Part shown: positions 22,127 to 30,751 of the stretch, one piece after another
Layout of the letters: each line of letters starts with the position of its first letter
Numbering within the stretch: the first letter of the stretch is position 1
NCBI GenBank assembly: GCA_016867265.1
Contig: VGJW01000010.1
Span: 35,525-99,524 of the forward strand
DNA from: Candidatus Tanganyikabacteria bacterium
Lineage (GTDB): Bacteria; Cyanobacteriota; Sericytochromatia; S15B-MN24; VGJW01
Direction of reading: 5' to 3'
Length of the DNA stretch: 64,000 nt
The notes under the pieces: generated by a model
What the model saw: the letters and a program-made list of their open reading frames with translations, nothing else
Database searches by the model: none
What the model was told of the DNA's origin: nothing
Program-made: the position numbers and the translations under genes

Positions 22127-22735
22127 GTGAAGCGTTTGCGCGTGCCGGCACGTCGCCTTGGCCTGACGGCGATCCTGCTGGCAGGCTGTGCCGGTGCCCC
22201 TGACCGCTATGTGGCCACGCTCGAGGTGGCCATGCTCGGGGCCGAGCCGGGGCGAAGGGTTGCCTTGGCCATCCGGGACGGCGTCTGGCGGGTCGATTTC
22301 CGGGATGCCCAAGGCAGCTTTGCCCTCGGTTGGCGAGGCCGCCCGCGCTGGGTGCTCTTTGCCGGTGGCTTGTCTCGCCAGATGGACCTCGAGCCGGTCG
22401 TGCGCCGCCACGGCTTGCCCGACCCCGGGGATCTGGCGACGGTACCCTTCTCGTCCAGCGCCTGGATGAAGGCCGCCCGGCCCATCGACGTGCCCGGTCG
22501 CATCTCGGGCGTGGCGTGTCGCCTTTGGCAATGCGAGGCCTCAGGGTCCGTGGAGCGGTTCTGGCTGGCCGAGGAGGACGGTGTGCCCCGGCGATTCGAG
22601 CGCGCGGCGCCGGACGGCACCCTGCTGGCGCAGCTTGACTGGCGCGACGTGGCGGTCGGGGGCGATTTGCCCGACGCCAGCTTCTCCGTTCCCGCAGGGA
22701 CCCTGGGCCTGCCTGCGCTGCCTTCCGGCATCTAG
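22127..22735 (+). CDS. lipoprotein (LolA/LolB-like fold suspected)
   Basis: GTG start; lipobox LTAILLAGC; 202 aa; the long 536-aa track ORF is only real in this C-terminal portion (its upstream part is antisense to the NTPase gene). Confidence 0.5.
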   Translation: MKRLRVPARRLGLTAILLAGCAGAPDRYVATLEVAMLGAEPGRRVALAIRDGVWRVDFRDAQGSFALGWRGRPRWVLFAGGLSRQMDLEPVVRRHGLPDPGDLATVPFSSSAWMKAARPIDVPGRISGVACRLWQCEASGSVERFWLAEEDGVPRRFERAAPDGTLLAQLDWRDVAVGGDLPDASFSVPAGTLGLPALPSGI

Positions 22736-22814
22736 CCGGCGGGATGTCCCGGTTGGGAGTTCCTGTTGGCTGTTGCGCGATTATCTAGGTCGCGACAAAA
22801 ATTATTACTGAAGC

Positions 22815-22848
22815 TTGACATTGCGGGCGGAGGGAGGTTGTCTATGGT
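22815..22848 (+). promoter_or_regulatory. candidate promoter for rhodopsin gene (-35 TTGACA at 22815-22820, -10 not cleanly resolved)
   Basis: AT-rich island (22780-22860) in a 70% GC genome, 40-70 nt upstream of the TTG start. Confidence 0.3.
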
Positions 22849-22886
22849 TTGTATACCTCTGACGGCTTCAGATTGGAGAAGCGCCC

Positions 22887-23672
22887 TTGAACGCCTTGCC
22901 CACATTGACAGCGGACCAGTTTTCGCTGGTCTACAACATTCTCAGCTTTACCATCGCGACCATGGGGGCCTCGTTCCTCTTCTTCGTGCTGGGCCGGCAG
23001 CAGGTCGGTATCCGCTACCGCCCGGCCCTGCTGGTCTCGGCGCTCGTCGTGGCGATCGCCTGCTACCACTACTTCCGCATCTTCGACAGCTTCGAAGCGG
23101 CCTATTCGCTTGTCGACGGCGCCTACAAGCCCAGCGGCAAGCCTTTCAATGACGCCTACCGGTATGTCGACTGGCTGTTGACGGTGCCCCTGCTGCTCGT
23201 TGAACTGGTCGCCGTCCTGCAGCTGTCGCGGACCGAGAGCGGCCCGATGCTTCGCAACTTGGCGATTGCGGCCGTCCTGATGATCGGCCTCGGCTACCCC
23301 GGTGAGATCGAGCACAACAACATGATGGTTCGTGGTGTCTGGGGCGCCCTCAGCAGCATCCCGTTTGCCTACATCCTGTATGTCTTGTGGGTCCGGCTCG
23401 GCGAAGCCGTCAAGGATCAGACCGATCGTGTCCGCAACCTGCTCGGCACCACGCGTCTTGTGCTCCTGGCCACCTGGGGCGTCTATCCCATCACCTACTT
23501 GCTGCCCCAGCTGGGCGTCGACACTCAGGCGGCGACGGTCGGCATCCAAGTGGGCTACGCGTTGGCAGACGTCGCAGCGAAGGCGGGCTACGGCCTCCTT
23601 ATCTACGCGATTGCCCGGGCCAAGTCCGAGGCGGACGGCAGCGCGCCCGACTTCCAGCCCGCGGCTGCCTGA
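22887..23672 (+). CDS. type-1 microbial rhodopsin, DTE-motif proton-pump type (proteorhodopsin/xanthorhodopsin/Gloeobacter-rhodopsin-like)
   Basis: TTG start 7 nt after GGAGA; helix C RYVDWLLTVPLLLVE (Asp, Thr +4, Glu +11 = DTE; Leu at the PR-105 tuning position); helix G ALADVAAKAGYGLLIY with Schiff-base Lys; seven predicted TM segments; 261 aa. Confidence 0.85.
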   Translation: MNALPTLTADQFSLVYNILSFTIATMGASFLFFVLGRQQVGIRYRPALLVSALVVAIACYHYFRIFDSFEAAYSLVDGAYKPSGKPFNDAYRYVDWLLTVPLLLVELVAVLQLSRTESGPMLRNLAIAAVLMIGLGYPGEIEHNNMMVRGVWGALSSIPFAYILYVLWVRLGEAVKDQTDRVRNLLGTTRLVLLATWGVYPITYLLPQLGVDTQAATVGIQVGYALADVAAKAGYGLLIYAIARAKSEADGSAPDFQPAAA

Positions 23673-23679
23673 TTGTTCG

Positions 23680-23712
23680 GGGCCCGGTCCGCGCTCAGCG
23701 CGGGCCGGGCCC
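23680..23712 (+). terminator. GC-rich hairpin (14-bp stem, CTCAG loop) after rhodopsin gene, no U-tract
   Basis: GGGCCCGGTCCGCG CTCAG CGCGGGCCGGGCCC, one G-U pair; 8 nt after stop codon. Confidence 0.45.
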
Positions 23713-23739
23713 TTCCCCATGAGAGAAAGGAGTCCCGCC

Positions 23740-23973
23740 TTGGAATTTGGACAGCGCGATTGGCTGAGGGTACCCATGGGTCTGGCTGCCGGCGGCGTGG
23801 CTGGTGCGGCCTTTGGTGCGGTTTTCGGCTGGCTGGCCTCTTGGTTCGCCATGGGGCCGGGGGCTTGGCAGGGGGTATGTGAATCAGCGCCGTGGTTCGC
23901 CGCGGTAGGTGCCCTTGGCGGTTTCCTGATTGGTCTCGAAAGGCCGGAAAAGGCAGGCCAGACCCGCGGTTGA
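23740..23973 (+). CDS. small two-TM glycine-zipper membrane protein (77 aa)
   Basis: TTG 7 nt after AAGGAG; GLAAGGVAGAAFGAVFGWLASWF ... WFAAVGALGGFLIGL; an ATG at 23719 in frame is an alternative start. Confidence 0.4.
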   Translation: MEFGQRDWLRVPMGLAAGGVAGAAFGAVFGWLASWFAMGPGAWQGVCESAPWFAAVGALGGFLIGLERPEKAGQTRG

Positions 23974-24045
23974 CCGGCCGGTCGGCCCGGCGGACGTGCG
24001 CTTGGTCATCGACCGGGCCTGTCGTCCGGAGGACAATCTGGTCCT

Positions 24046-24741
24046 ATGCACGATTTGCCCTTGCTCAAGTCGACGTTCCGGAGCTGTGGCCAACGCCTGC
24101 AGCGGACGGAGAGGATTGGCGGGGGCGGTGGCTGGGAAGACCTCTACACCGTCGTGGACTACGCGGCCTTTGCCCTGTCCCGGGAGCTTCCCGAATTGCC
24201 GTGCAGCGCCGGATGCGCAGGCTGTTGCCGCAGCAAGGCCCTGTTTCAGGTGACGCAACGGGAGTGGGAGCTGGTCCGCGAGGCCGTCGATGCGTGGCCT
24301 GAGGCACGCCGGGCCGATCTGGCGTGCCGGGTCGTGGCCGCGCATGGGCCCGATCGCGAAGCGCTCGAAGCCTTGGCGGCGGCCTGGGGGGAAGCGGGTC
24401 TGGGGGCGCGCATTCCGGTACCGGATACCCTGAGGGATGGCTGTCCCCTGCTGGGCGACGATGACATGTGCATGGTCTACGAAGCGCGGCCTCTCGTCTG
24501 CCGGGCTTATGGCGCCTTTTCCGTCACCCTCGACGATCGGCCCAGAGTGATGATCTGCCGGGAGTTCGGCCCGGACTTCCTCCAGGTCCTGCATGACACG
24601 GACATGCCCGAGCTGCCGTTGCCCGTCTACGAGCGTTACGTGAGCCGGCTGGGGGCCTTGCAGCCACCGGGGCCGCTTCGTCCCATGGCCCTGTGGTTGC
24701 TCGAGTGGGCAACGGCCATGCAGGGTGTGCAACCGGCCTGA
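24046..24741 (+). CDS. YkgJ/UPF0153-family Cys-cluster (CxxCxxCC) protein
   Basis: CSAGCAGCC motif plus downstream CPLLGDDDMCMVYEARPLVCRAYG; chosen over the antisense 282-aa ORF on this basis. Confidence 0.55.
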   Translation: MHDLPLLKSTFRSCGQRLQRTERIGGGGGWEDLYTVVDYAAFALSRELPELPCSAGCAGCCRSKALFQVTQREWELVREAVDAWPEARRADLACRVVAAHGPDREALEALAAAWGEAGLGARIPVPDTLRDGCPLLGDDDMCMVYEARPLVCRAYGAFSVTLDDRPRVMICREFGPDFLQVLHDTDMPELPLPVYERYVSRLGALQPPGPLRPMALWLLEWATAMQGVQPA

Positions 24742-24761
24742 GCCTGCGGGGGGGCGAGCGC

Positions 24762-24790
24762 TTGACGAACATCCGTTCGATGTCTATGCT
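24762..24790 (+). promoter_or_regulatory. sigma-70-type promoter TTGACG-17 nt-TATGCT
   Basis: Seen directly; 32 nt upstream of ATG at 24823. Confidence 0.45.
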
Positions 24791-24822
24791 TGTGGAACAA
24801 GCGTTCTAAAGCGGGGGCGACC

Positions 24823-25158
24823 ATGAACGGGCAGGTGCTCTGGGACCGGCGGGGAGACGAAGTGCGCATGAGCCGTGAGGCCTTTCGCTTCCTTCAAGAG
24901 GTCATTCGTCGGACCTCCGCGAGGGTCGCCGCGTGCTTGCGCCGATGCCGGATGATTCTCGGGGTTGGCGGCTTGCTGCTCGAATGTGCACCCGAGGACT
25001 TCTTTCTGCTCAACCTGATGCAGGATGGGCTCGATGCCGCCGTGCAAGCGGTGTTCGGGGGCCATTGCCGTCTCGAACTTGCCCCAGTGGCGCTCGTGCC
25101 GGCTCGCCGGGAGCCTTGCGCCGGTCGCTTGGCCCGCGCGGCGCGGCGCGCCAGCTGA
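24823..25158 (+). CDS. hypothetical protein (111 aa)
   Basis: ATG start downstream of the promoter above; track ORF begins at a TTG inside the -10; no recognisable domain. Confidence 0.4.
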   Translation: MNGQVLWDRRGDEVRMSREAFRFLQEVIRRTSARVAACLRRCRMILGVGGLLLECAPEDFFLLNLMQDGLDAAVQAVFGGHCRLELAPVALVPARREPCAGRLARAARRAS

Positions 25159-25160
25159 GG

Positions 25161-25757
25161 TCAGGGGGCTTCCGGCGCTTCGGGCGGGAGCTCTTCGGTT
25201 GCAGGCGCGGTTTCGTCCGGTGTCGGCCAATGCAGTATGGTCTGGCCCTGGATCTGCGCGAGCTTGTCCTTGTCTATCCTGAAGTAGTCCCCGAAGCGAG
25301 GCCCCAGTTCCAACAGGGAGCTATTTCCCTGTGGCGTTTTCCGGACGAGTCCGCGTTCGACCAGGTCCCGGACGTGGTCATAGGCGCCAGATCCTCGCAC
25401 CTCGACCACATCACGCTGTAGGACCGGCTGACGCATCGCGATGAAGGTCAGGGTCTTCAGTACCGCTTGGGCGAGGTCGCTCGGCAACAGGCGATCCACG
25501 ACTGGCTGGTAAGCACCCTTGACCTGCATGATCCAGCCCTCTTCGGACCGGGCGACTTCAAGACCGCTGTCGGCGTTGGTCTCGTGTCGCTGCACCAGCG
25601 CGACCAAGCCTTCGAGGCAAGCCTTGCGCGAGATGTCGAGCAGCTCGCACAGGGCTTCGAGCGGCAGGGGCTGGGCCGTCGTGAAGAGCGCGGCCTCGAG
25701 CATTGCCTGCAGCGGCCCCTGGCCGTGGGCCGGCTTAGGCGGCGGCCTCTTGGCCAT
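25161..25757 (-). CDS. scpB: SMC-Scp complex subunit ScpB
   Basis: LEAALFTTAQPLPLEALCELLDIS...LKTLTFIAMRQPVLQRDVVEVRG winged-helix ScpB pattern; downstream of scpA. Confidence 0.85.
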   Translation of the reverse strand: MAKRPPPKPAHGQGPLQAMLEAALFTTAQPLPLEALCELLDISRKACLEGLVALVQRHETNADSGLEVARSEEGWIMQVKGAYQPVVDRLLPSDLAQAVLKTLTFIAMRQPVLQRDVVEVRGSGAYDHVRDLVERGLVRKTPQGNSSLLELGPRFGDYFRIDKDKLAQIQGQTILHWPTPDETAPATEELPPEAPEAP

Positions 25758-26523
25758 GGCTTTCCGGGCGCTCTTCTTGGGCGAGGATGGTCAGGTCGGC
25801 ATAGGGTTCCCGCTGTCCGACCTCGACCACGCCCCAGTGGGCCAGGAACATCAGGGCGAGGAAGAGAGACGGTGTTTCCTTGTGGTCCGTGGCGAGGCCG
25901 CGGAACGAGATCTCCGGCTGCAACGTGAATTGGTCGGCGAGTCGCTCGGCCAGGCGCTTGGCGTCGCCATCGAGGTCCTCGTCGTGGACGAGACCTACGG
26001 TCCGGGCCTTGATGTCAGCCCTCCGCATCCGTCTGAGCGTGCCGGGCTTCGCCGGCTCGGGAAGCTCCTCGGCCTCGAGGCGCCGGAGCTCCGCGATGAG
26101 CTCTCCCAGCGTCACCTTGCGCCTGCGTGGCTGGCGGAAGCCCGCGCGACGCAGCAGCGTCATGTCGATGATGATGGGGCCGTCTCCCTCGCCCTGCTCG
26201 AAAGCTTCCGTTCCGTCGAACCAGTCGTCGTCATCGGAGGGTGGTGCGAGCCAGTTTTCCAGATCGTTGCGGATGGCTTGTGCCTTCAGGCGAAGCATGA
26301 CCGTGGCGCAGTGCAGCGCCTTGCCGCACGAGCGCAGGTCCTGGCGGTCGGTGGCATCCAGCTTGGCAAGGACCTGGTCGGTCGCCGTGATGATGTCGAC
26401 ATCCCACGGGTCCAGCTCGCCCCTCTGGGCCATGCCAAGCAGGATCTCGATGCCCGGGTTGTCGTCGACACCGCGGGGCATCTCGGGCAGGTCGCCCGCT
26501 TCCGGCATGAGATCCTCGGTCAT
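25735..26523 (-). CDS. scpA: segregation and condensation protein A
   Basis: ILLGMAQRGELDPWDVDIITATDQVL is the ScpA N-terminal signature; overlaps smc stop. Confidence 0.85.
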   Translation of the reverse strand: MTEDLMPEAGDLPEMPRGVDDNPGIEILLGMAQRGELDPWDVDIITATDQVLAKLDATDRQDLRSCGKALHCATVMLRLKAQAIRNDLENWLAPPSDDDDWFDGTEAFEQGEGDGPIIIDMTLLRRAGFRQPRRRKVTLGELIAELRRLEAEELPEPAKPGTLRRMRRADIKARTVGLVHDEDLDGDAKRLAERLADQFTLQPEISFRGLATDHKETPSLFLALMFLAHWGVVEVGQREPYADLTILAQEERPESHGQEAAA

Positions 26524-29500
26524 GCGCCGGCCGCCCGGGTGGTGTCCCAGATGATGCTGCGGACGCGCGTGGTCTTGTCCGAACCCAGGTAGACGCCCAC
26601 GCCTTGGTCCGAATGGCCGATCATGGGCTTGCGGTGCGAGATGACGACCATCTGGGCAAGCTCGGACTGGCGTCGCATCATCTGGCCCAGGCGGTCGACA
26701 TTGACGCCGTCCAACGCCTGGTCGACCTCGTCAAGCGCGTAGAAGGGCGCCGGCTGCGTCCGCTGGACCGAGAACAGGAAGGCAAGGGCCGTAAGGGACT
26801 TCTGTCCCCCGCTCATCGCGTCAAGACGCGCGATGGCACTGCCCGGGGGTTGGGCCGTGATGATGAGGCCTCCCGCGAAGGGGTCTTCCGGGCGCTCGAG
26901 CGAAAGCTCTCCGTAGCCCCCGGCCAGCTCCCCGAAAATTTCGGCAAAGAAGCCGCGAATCTGGTCGAAGGCCGTCACGAAGACGGCGCGCTTCTGGACG
27001 GAGATCTCCGCGATCCGGTCCTCGATGCCTTGGCGCTCCGTGCGCAGGGCGGCCAGGCGGCCGTCGAGGGAGCGCGCCTCTTCTTCCTCGCGGGCATATT
27101 GCTCCACGGCCAACTGGTTGACCGGCCCGAGCGCCGCGAGGCGATGCTCGACCTTCTTGCGCGACACGTCGAGGTCATGGACGGAGAGCAGAGGGGCTTC
27201 CGTCGGCAGAGGAATGTCCTCTTCCCAGAGCTCGTTTTCGAGGCCCTGCCATTGCGTGCGCAATTCGGCCAGCCGGCTCTCGCCCTGGCGGACGGCATCC
27301 TCCAGCAGGCTGATGTCCCGTTCGCGGATACTGACGGTGCTCTCGGCCTGGACTCGGGTCGCCGTGGCCACGTTCCGCGCCTCGACCAGTGCTTCGAGGC
27401 CCTTGCGCGCTTCTTCGCGGGCCCGCGTCAGCTCCTCGATGCGCGCCGCCAACTCGGCGACCTGCTCGTCGGCATGGGCGGAAGTCCGGCGTGAGGCCTC
27501 GGCTTCCTTGCGGTTCCGGACACTCAGCTCGGCCTGCTCGGTCGCGGCCTGGCGGTTGGTCTCGCGTGCGCCTTCGCGACTTTCCAACGTCAAGCGATCC
27601 TTCTGCGCCTCGGTCTCGGCATCCTGCTGGGCCCATTGGGCTTCGCTGGCCTGGTGTCGCAGTTCTTCCGCCCGACCGTCGCCGAGGCTGTCGTCCAGAT
27701 CGGACAATGCGAGCTCGAGGTTGTTGTAGGTCTCCTCCAGCGGCAGGCCTGCCTCGATCAGGCGTTCGGCCTCGCGACCGAGTTCCGCCATGCGCTTCTG
27801 ATCGGCCTTGAGTTCCTGGTCAAGCCGCTGCAGCTCTTCGGCGCGGCGCTGCAAGTCGTCGTTCAGGGCGGCACGTTGCCGCTCGGCCTGGGCTGCCGTG
27901 TCCTCGGCCTCGCGCTTTCGGGCTTCGGCACGGACCTGGCCGGTCTGCATGGCCTGCAAGGCGCTTTGGTTGTTCTGCACCCGCTGCGATGCGTTGCGCA
28001 ACGCGACCTGACGCTGCTCGTGCTCCTGACGAAGATTGGCAAGGAACATCGCGGGTGCCTGTTTCGAGCGCCCGACACTCATGGCGCCCGTTCGCTCCAG
28101 GACGTCGCCATCGAGCGTGACCATGCGGTAGCGGCCGATGTGGGGGCGGGCCGCGGTCATGGTCTCGAAGATCAAGGTCTCGCCCAGCGCCAGCGCGAAG
28201 GCCGGGTGATGTTCGGGCGCAAAGGAAATCTTGTCGATGGCGTACCCGAGACAGCCCTCGAGGCTGACCTTGGAGAGCTGCCTGGGAGGAGCCAGCTTGT
28301 TCAGGGGCAAGCACGTCACGCGTCCGCCCTCCCGCTGGTGAAGCAGACGACCGATCTGTGCGGCCACGCCATCGTCCGTGACGACGATGTTGCGCATGCG
28401 GCCGCCCGCGGCCTCCTGCAGGGCGCGCGCAAAGGCTGGATCGGCCTCGCCCAGCATCGACAGCGTGCCCAGCACGCCCGGCATGTTCTGGCCCAGCACG
28501 TACTCGACGGCGGGACCCAGGCTGGCTTCCTGTGCCTGCAACAGGCCCGAGACCTTGGAGGCCTCCTTGTGGGCCGCGCGGAGCGCCTCTTCCGCCGCCT
28601 CCAGCGTCTGCTTGAGGCTGGTGACGTTCTGATGGGCCCGTTGCTCGTCGGCGCGCGCCGCCTCCGCCTGCTTGGCGGCCTCGGCAGCCTGCGCTGCCAA
28701 TTGATCCACTTCCTTGCCCAGATCCCGGACCTGCTCGGCCAGGTCCTTGCGGCGGCCGCGGGCATCCTCGACGCGGTCCTCGACTTGCTGTTGCTCGAAC
28801 TGGGCACGCATCTGGCTGACCTGCAAGTCGCTCATCTGCTTCTCGGTGGCTTCCTTGCGCGCCACAAGGTCCTGCCGCGCGGCCACAAGGTCCTGTCGCC
28901 CCGTCATCAGTTGATCGAGTTCGGCCTGCAAGGCTTCCCGGCGCTGCCGGTGGCCGTCGGCCCGTGCTGCCACTTCGGTGATGCGCGCGCGGACCTGCGC
29001 CATCTCGAGGTCGAGGGCAGCGCCCTCCGATTCAAGGTCCCTGCGGCGATCGTCGGCCCGGACGGCCAAGTGATCCAGCTCATCCGCGCGACGATGGGCG
29101 TCGCGACCTTCGAGGCGAACGCGCTCGCGTTCGCCCGACGTTTCGAGCAGCTGGTCTTCCAGAGCCTGGAAGCGCGCCCCGCCCTCGCGGTGGAGGCGCT
29201 CGGCAAGGCGCTGTTCTTCTTCGCGGGCGACCCCGAGTGCCGATACGGCGGTGCGCAGGGCTTCGTCGGCCTCGCGGCGGCGCAAGCGTCCCTGCTGGAC
29301 CGTGCCGTCCTGGAGGTTGACCTGATGCTGGAGCTCCCACCAGCGACCGGCCTTGAGGTCGCGATCCATCTGACGCAAGCGTTCCTGCAGGTCGAGGAAC
29401 TCGACGGCCTTGTCGCGCTGGCTGCGCAGGGAGGCCAGCCGGGCTTGCAGTTCGGAGAGCAGGAAGACGGTGCGGTCCTCCTGCTCGGCGACCGTCTGCA

Positions 29501-30047
29501 ACTCCTTGGCCGCCATGTCGATGCGGCTGTCGAAGTCCGCCACCCCGGCCAGGTCGTCGATGATGCGGCGGCGCTCATGGGGCGTCATCTTGATGATGCC
29601 CATGACGTCCATCTGCATGACGACGTTGAAGCCCTGCGGGCTGATGTGATGTCGGCCCAGCAACTCGTGGATGTCCGACAGGGTCGAAGCCTTGCCGTCC
29701 AGGTAGTAGGTGTTGTCGGCCGTGGGTTCGCCGCCGTCGGGGGACTTGCGCTCGCGCACGCGGCGCGCCACCTCGAAGGCCGGGGACCCGTCCTCGTGCC
29801 CGAAGCGCACGGTCACACGGGCCTCGCGGCGGCTCGAGGCGCCATTGATGAAGCCCGTGCTGTTGGCTGCGCGAAGGGTCCGGGCGTTGCCCAGGCCAAG
29901 GCAGAACATCAGCGCGTCGAGAATGTTGCTCTTGCCGGATCCGTTGGGGCCGGTGATGGCCGTAAAGCCCGGCAGGAGGCGAATCCGCTCCTGCCGGAAC
30001 GTCTTGAAGTTGTCGATCTCGAGCTCGACGATGCGCAAGCCGCCCAC
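26520..30047 (-). CDS. smc: chromosome segregation protein SMC
   Basis: 1175 aa; N-terminal Walker A FTAITGPNGSGKSNILDALMFCLG, long coiled coils, hinge, C-terminal signature LSGGQKSLTALAFLFS and Walker B. Confidence 0.95.
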   Translation of the reverse strand: MGGLRIVELEIDNFKTFRQERIRLLPGFTAITGPNGSGKSNILDALMFCLGLGNARTLRAANSTGFINGASSRREARVTVRFGHEDGSPAFEVARRVRERKSPDGGEPTADNTYYLDGKASTLSDIHELLGRHHISPQGFNVVMQMDVMGIIKMTPHERRRIIDDLAGVADFDSRIDMAAKELQTVAEQEDRTVFLLSELQARLASLRSQRDKAVEFLDLQERLRQMDRDLKAGRWWELQHQVNLQDGTVQQGRLRRREADEALRTAVSALGVAREEEQRLAERLHREGGARFQALEDQLLETSGERERVRLEGRDAHRRADELDHLAVRADDRRRDLESEGAALDLEMAQVRARITEVAARADGHRQRREALQAELDQLMTGRQDLVAARQDLVARKEATEKQMSDLQVSQMRAQFEQQQVEDRVEDARGRRKDLAEQVRDLGKEVDQLAAQAAEAAKQAEAARADEQRAHQNVTSLKQTLEAAEEALRAAHKEASKVSGLLQAQEASLGPAVEYVLGQNMPGVLGTLSMLGEADPAFARALQEAAGGRMRNIVVTDDGVAAQIGRLLHQREGGRVTCLPLNKLAPPRQLSKVSLEGCLGYAIDKISFAPEHHPAFALALGETLIFETMTAARPHIGRYRMVTLDGDVLERTGAMSVGRSKQAPAMFLANLRQEHEQRQVALRNASQRVQNNQSALQAMQTGQVRAEARKREAEDTAAQAERQRAALNDDLQRRAEELQRLDQELKADQKRMAELGREAERLIEAGLPLEETYNNLELALSDLDDSLGDGRAEELRHQASEAQWAQQDAETEAQKDRLTLESREGARETNRQAATEQAELSVRNRKEAEASRRTSAHADEQVAELAARIEELTRAREEARKGLEALVEARNVATATRVQAESTVSIRERDISLLEDAVRQGESRLAELRTQWQGLENELWEEDIPLPTEAPLLSVHDLDVSRKKVEHRLAALGPVNQLAVEQYAREEEEARSLDGRLAALRTERQGIEDRIAEISVQKRAVFVTAFDQIRGFFAEIFGELAGGYGELSLERPEDPFAGGLIITAQPPGSAIARLDAMSGGQKSLTALAFLFSVQRTQPAPFYALDEVDQALDGVNVDRLGQMMRRQSELAQMVVISHRKPMIGHSDQGVGVYLGSDKTTRVRSIIWDTTRAAGA

Positions 30048-30505
30048 AGCCCGACTTTAGCACGCGAGGGGGCGTCCGTCAGGTGATTTGTCGCACGGTC
30101 TCCTTGGAGTGTTCGTCTCCACGGAGAGCCGGGGCCCAAAGCACCGAAGGGCCCACCTTGCGGGGAGCCCTTCTTGCTGCCGGCGGGGAGAAGGCCGTTG
30201 CCTCGTGGGCCGCCCCTCGCGCGGGGCTCGTTGGCATCCTGTCCCGTCGGTCTTCCTGACTGACAACTAGAGCATGCTCCCGGCGCGTTTAGGGATATTG
30301 GCCTTTTTGTATGGGAGGGCTTTCTTGTGGATGAAAGGTTTGTATTTCATGGCGTTTGCGGCATTCATCAAGCTGTTGCGCCAATGTAAGCGGGCCTGAA
30401 AGCGTTGGCGGATACATTGCGGATGTGACCGATGAACCATGGCTCGGTCGTGATTCTGATACAGTGAAACAGTCCCTCTCCGACTTCTGATGTAAGGAAT
30501 CTCCC

Positions 30506-30718
30506 GTGAAGAAACTCCTGCCCCTCGCTGCCGTCGTTGCCGTGACTACCGCCTGCCCCGGCGGTAATACCACCGCAAGCAATCCGACCCCGGCGCCGGC
30601 TGCGCCGACCGTTGCGCCGACCGTTGCGCCGACCGTTGCGCCGACCGTTGCGCCGACCGCTGCGCCGACCGCTAAGCCTACCGCAGCCCCGAACTCCAGC
30701 CTGGGCGGCGGCAACTAG
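30506..30718 (+). CDS. small secreted lipoprotein with (APTV)4(APTA)2 Pro/Thr-rich repeat
   Basis: GTG after AAGGA; MKKLLPLAAVVAVTTAC lipobox; 70 aa; sits in a 450-bp lower-GC intergenic region at the head of the polysaccharide locus. Confidence 0.45.
   Translation: MKKLLPLAAVVAVTTACPGGNTTASNPTPAPAAPTVAPTVAPTVAPTVAPTAAPTAKPTAAPNSSLGGGN
30602..30673 (+). repeat. 6 x 12-bp perfect/near-perfect tandem repeat (GCGCCGACCGTT x4, GCGCCGACCGCT x2)
   Basis: Seen directly; in-frame within the mini-lipoprotein; VNTR-like. Confidence 0.8.
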
Positions 30719-30751
30719 GCAGAGAACCTGCGGGGCGGCGGCCTGATCCCC

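Noticed and set aside
23884-24732. 282-aa minus-strand ORF
   Set aside because: Competes with the plus-strand ORF carrying a YkgJ-type CxxCxxCC motif; the minus frame is Arg/Gly-rich without motifs.
27636-30086. 816-aa plus-strand ORF
   Set aside because: Antisense to smc, whose Walker A/B, coiled-coil and hinge are all present on the minus strand.
30602-30673. Possible CRISPR-like direct repeats
   Set aside because: 12-bp units with no spacers, in-frame inside a lipoprotein gene; a coding VNTR, not a CRISPR array.
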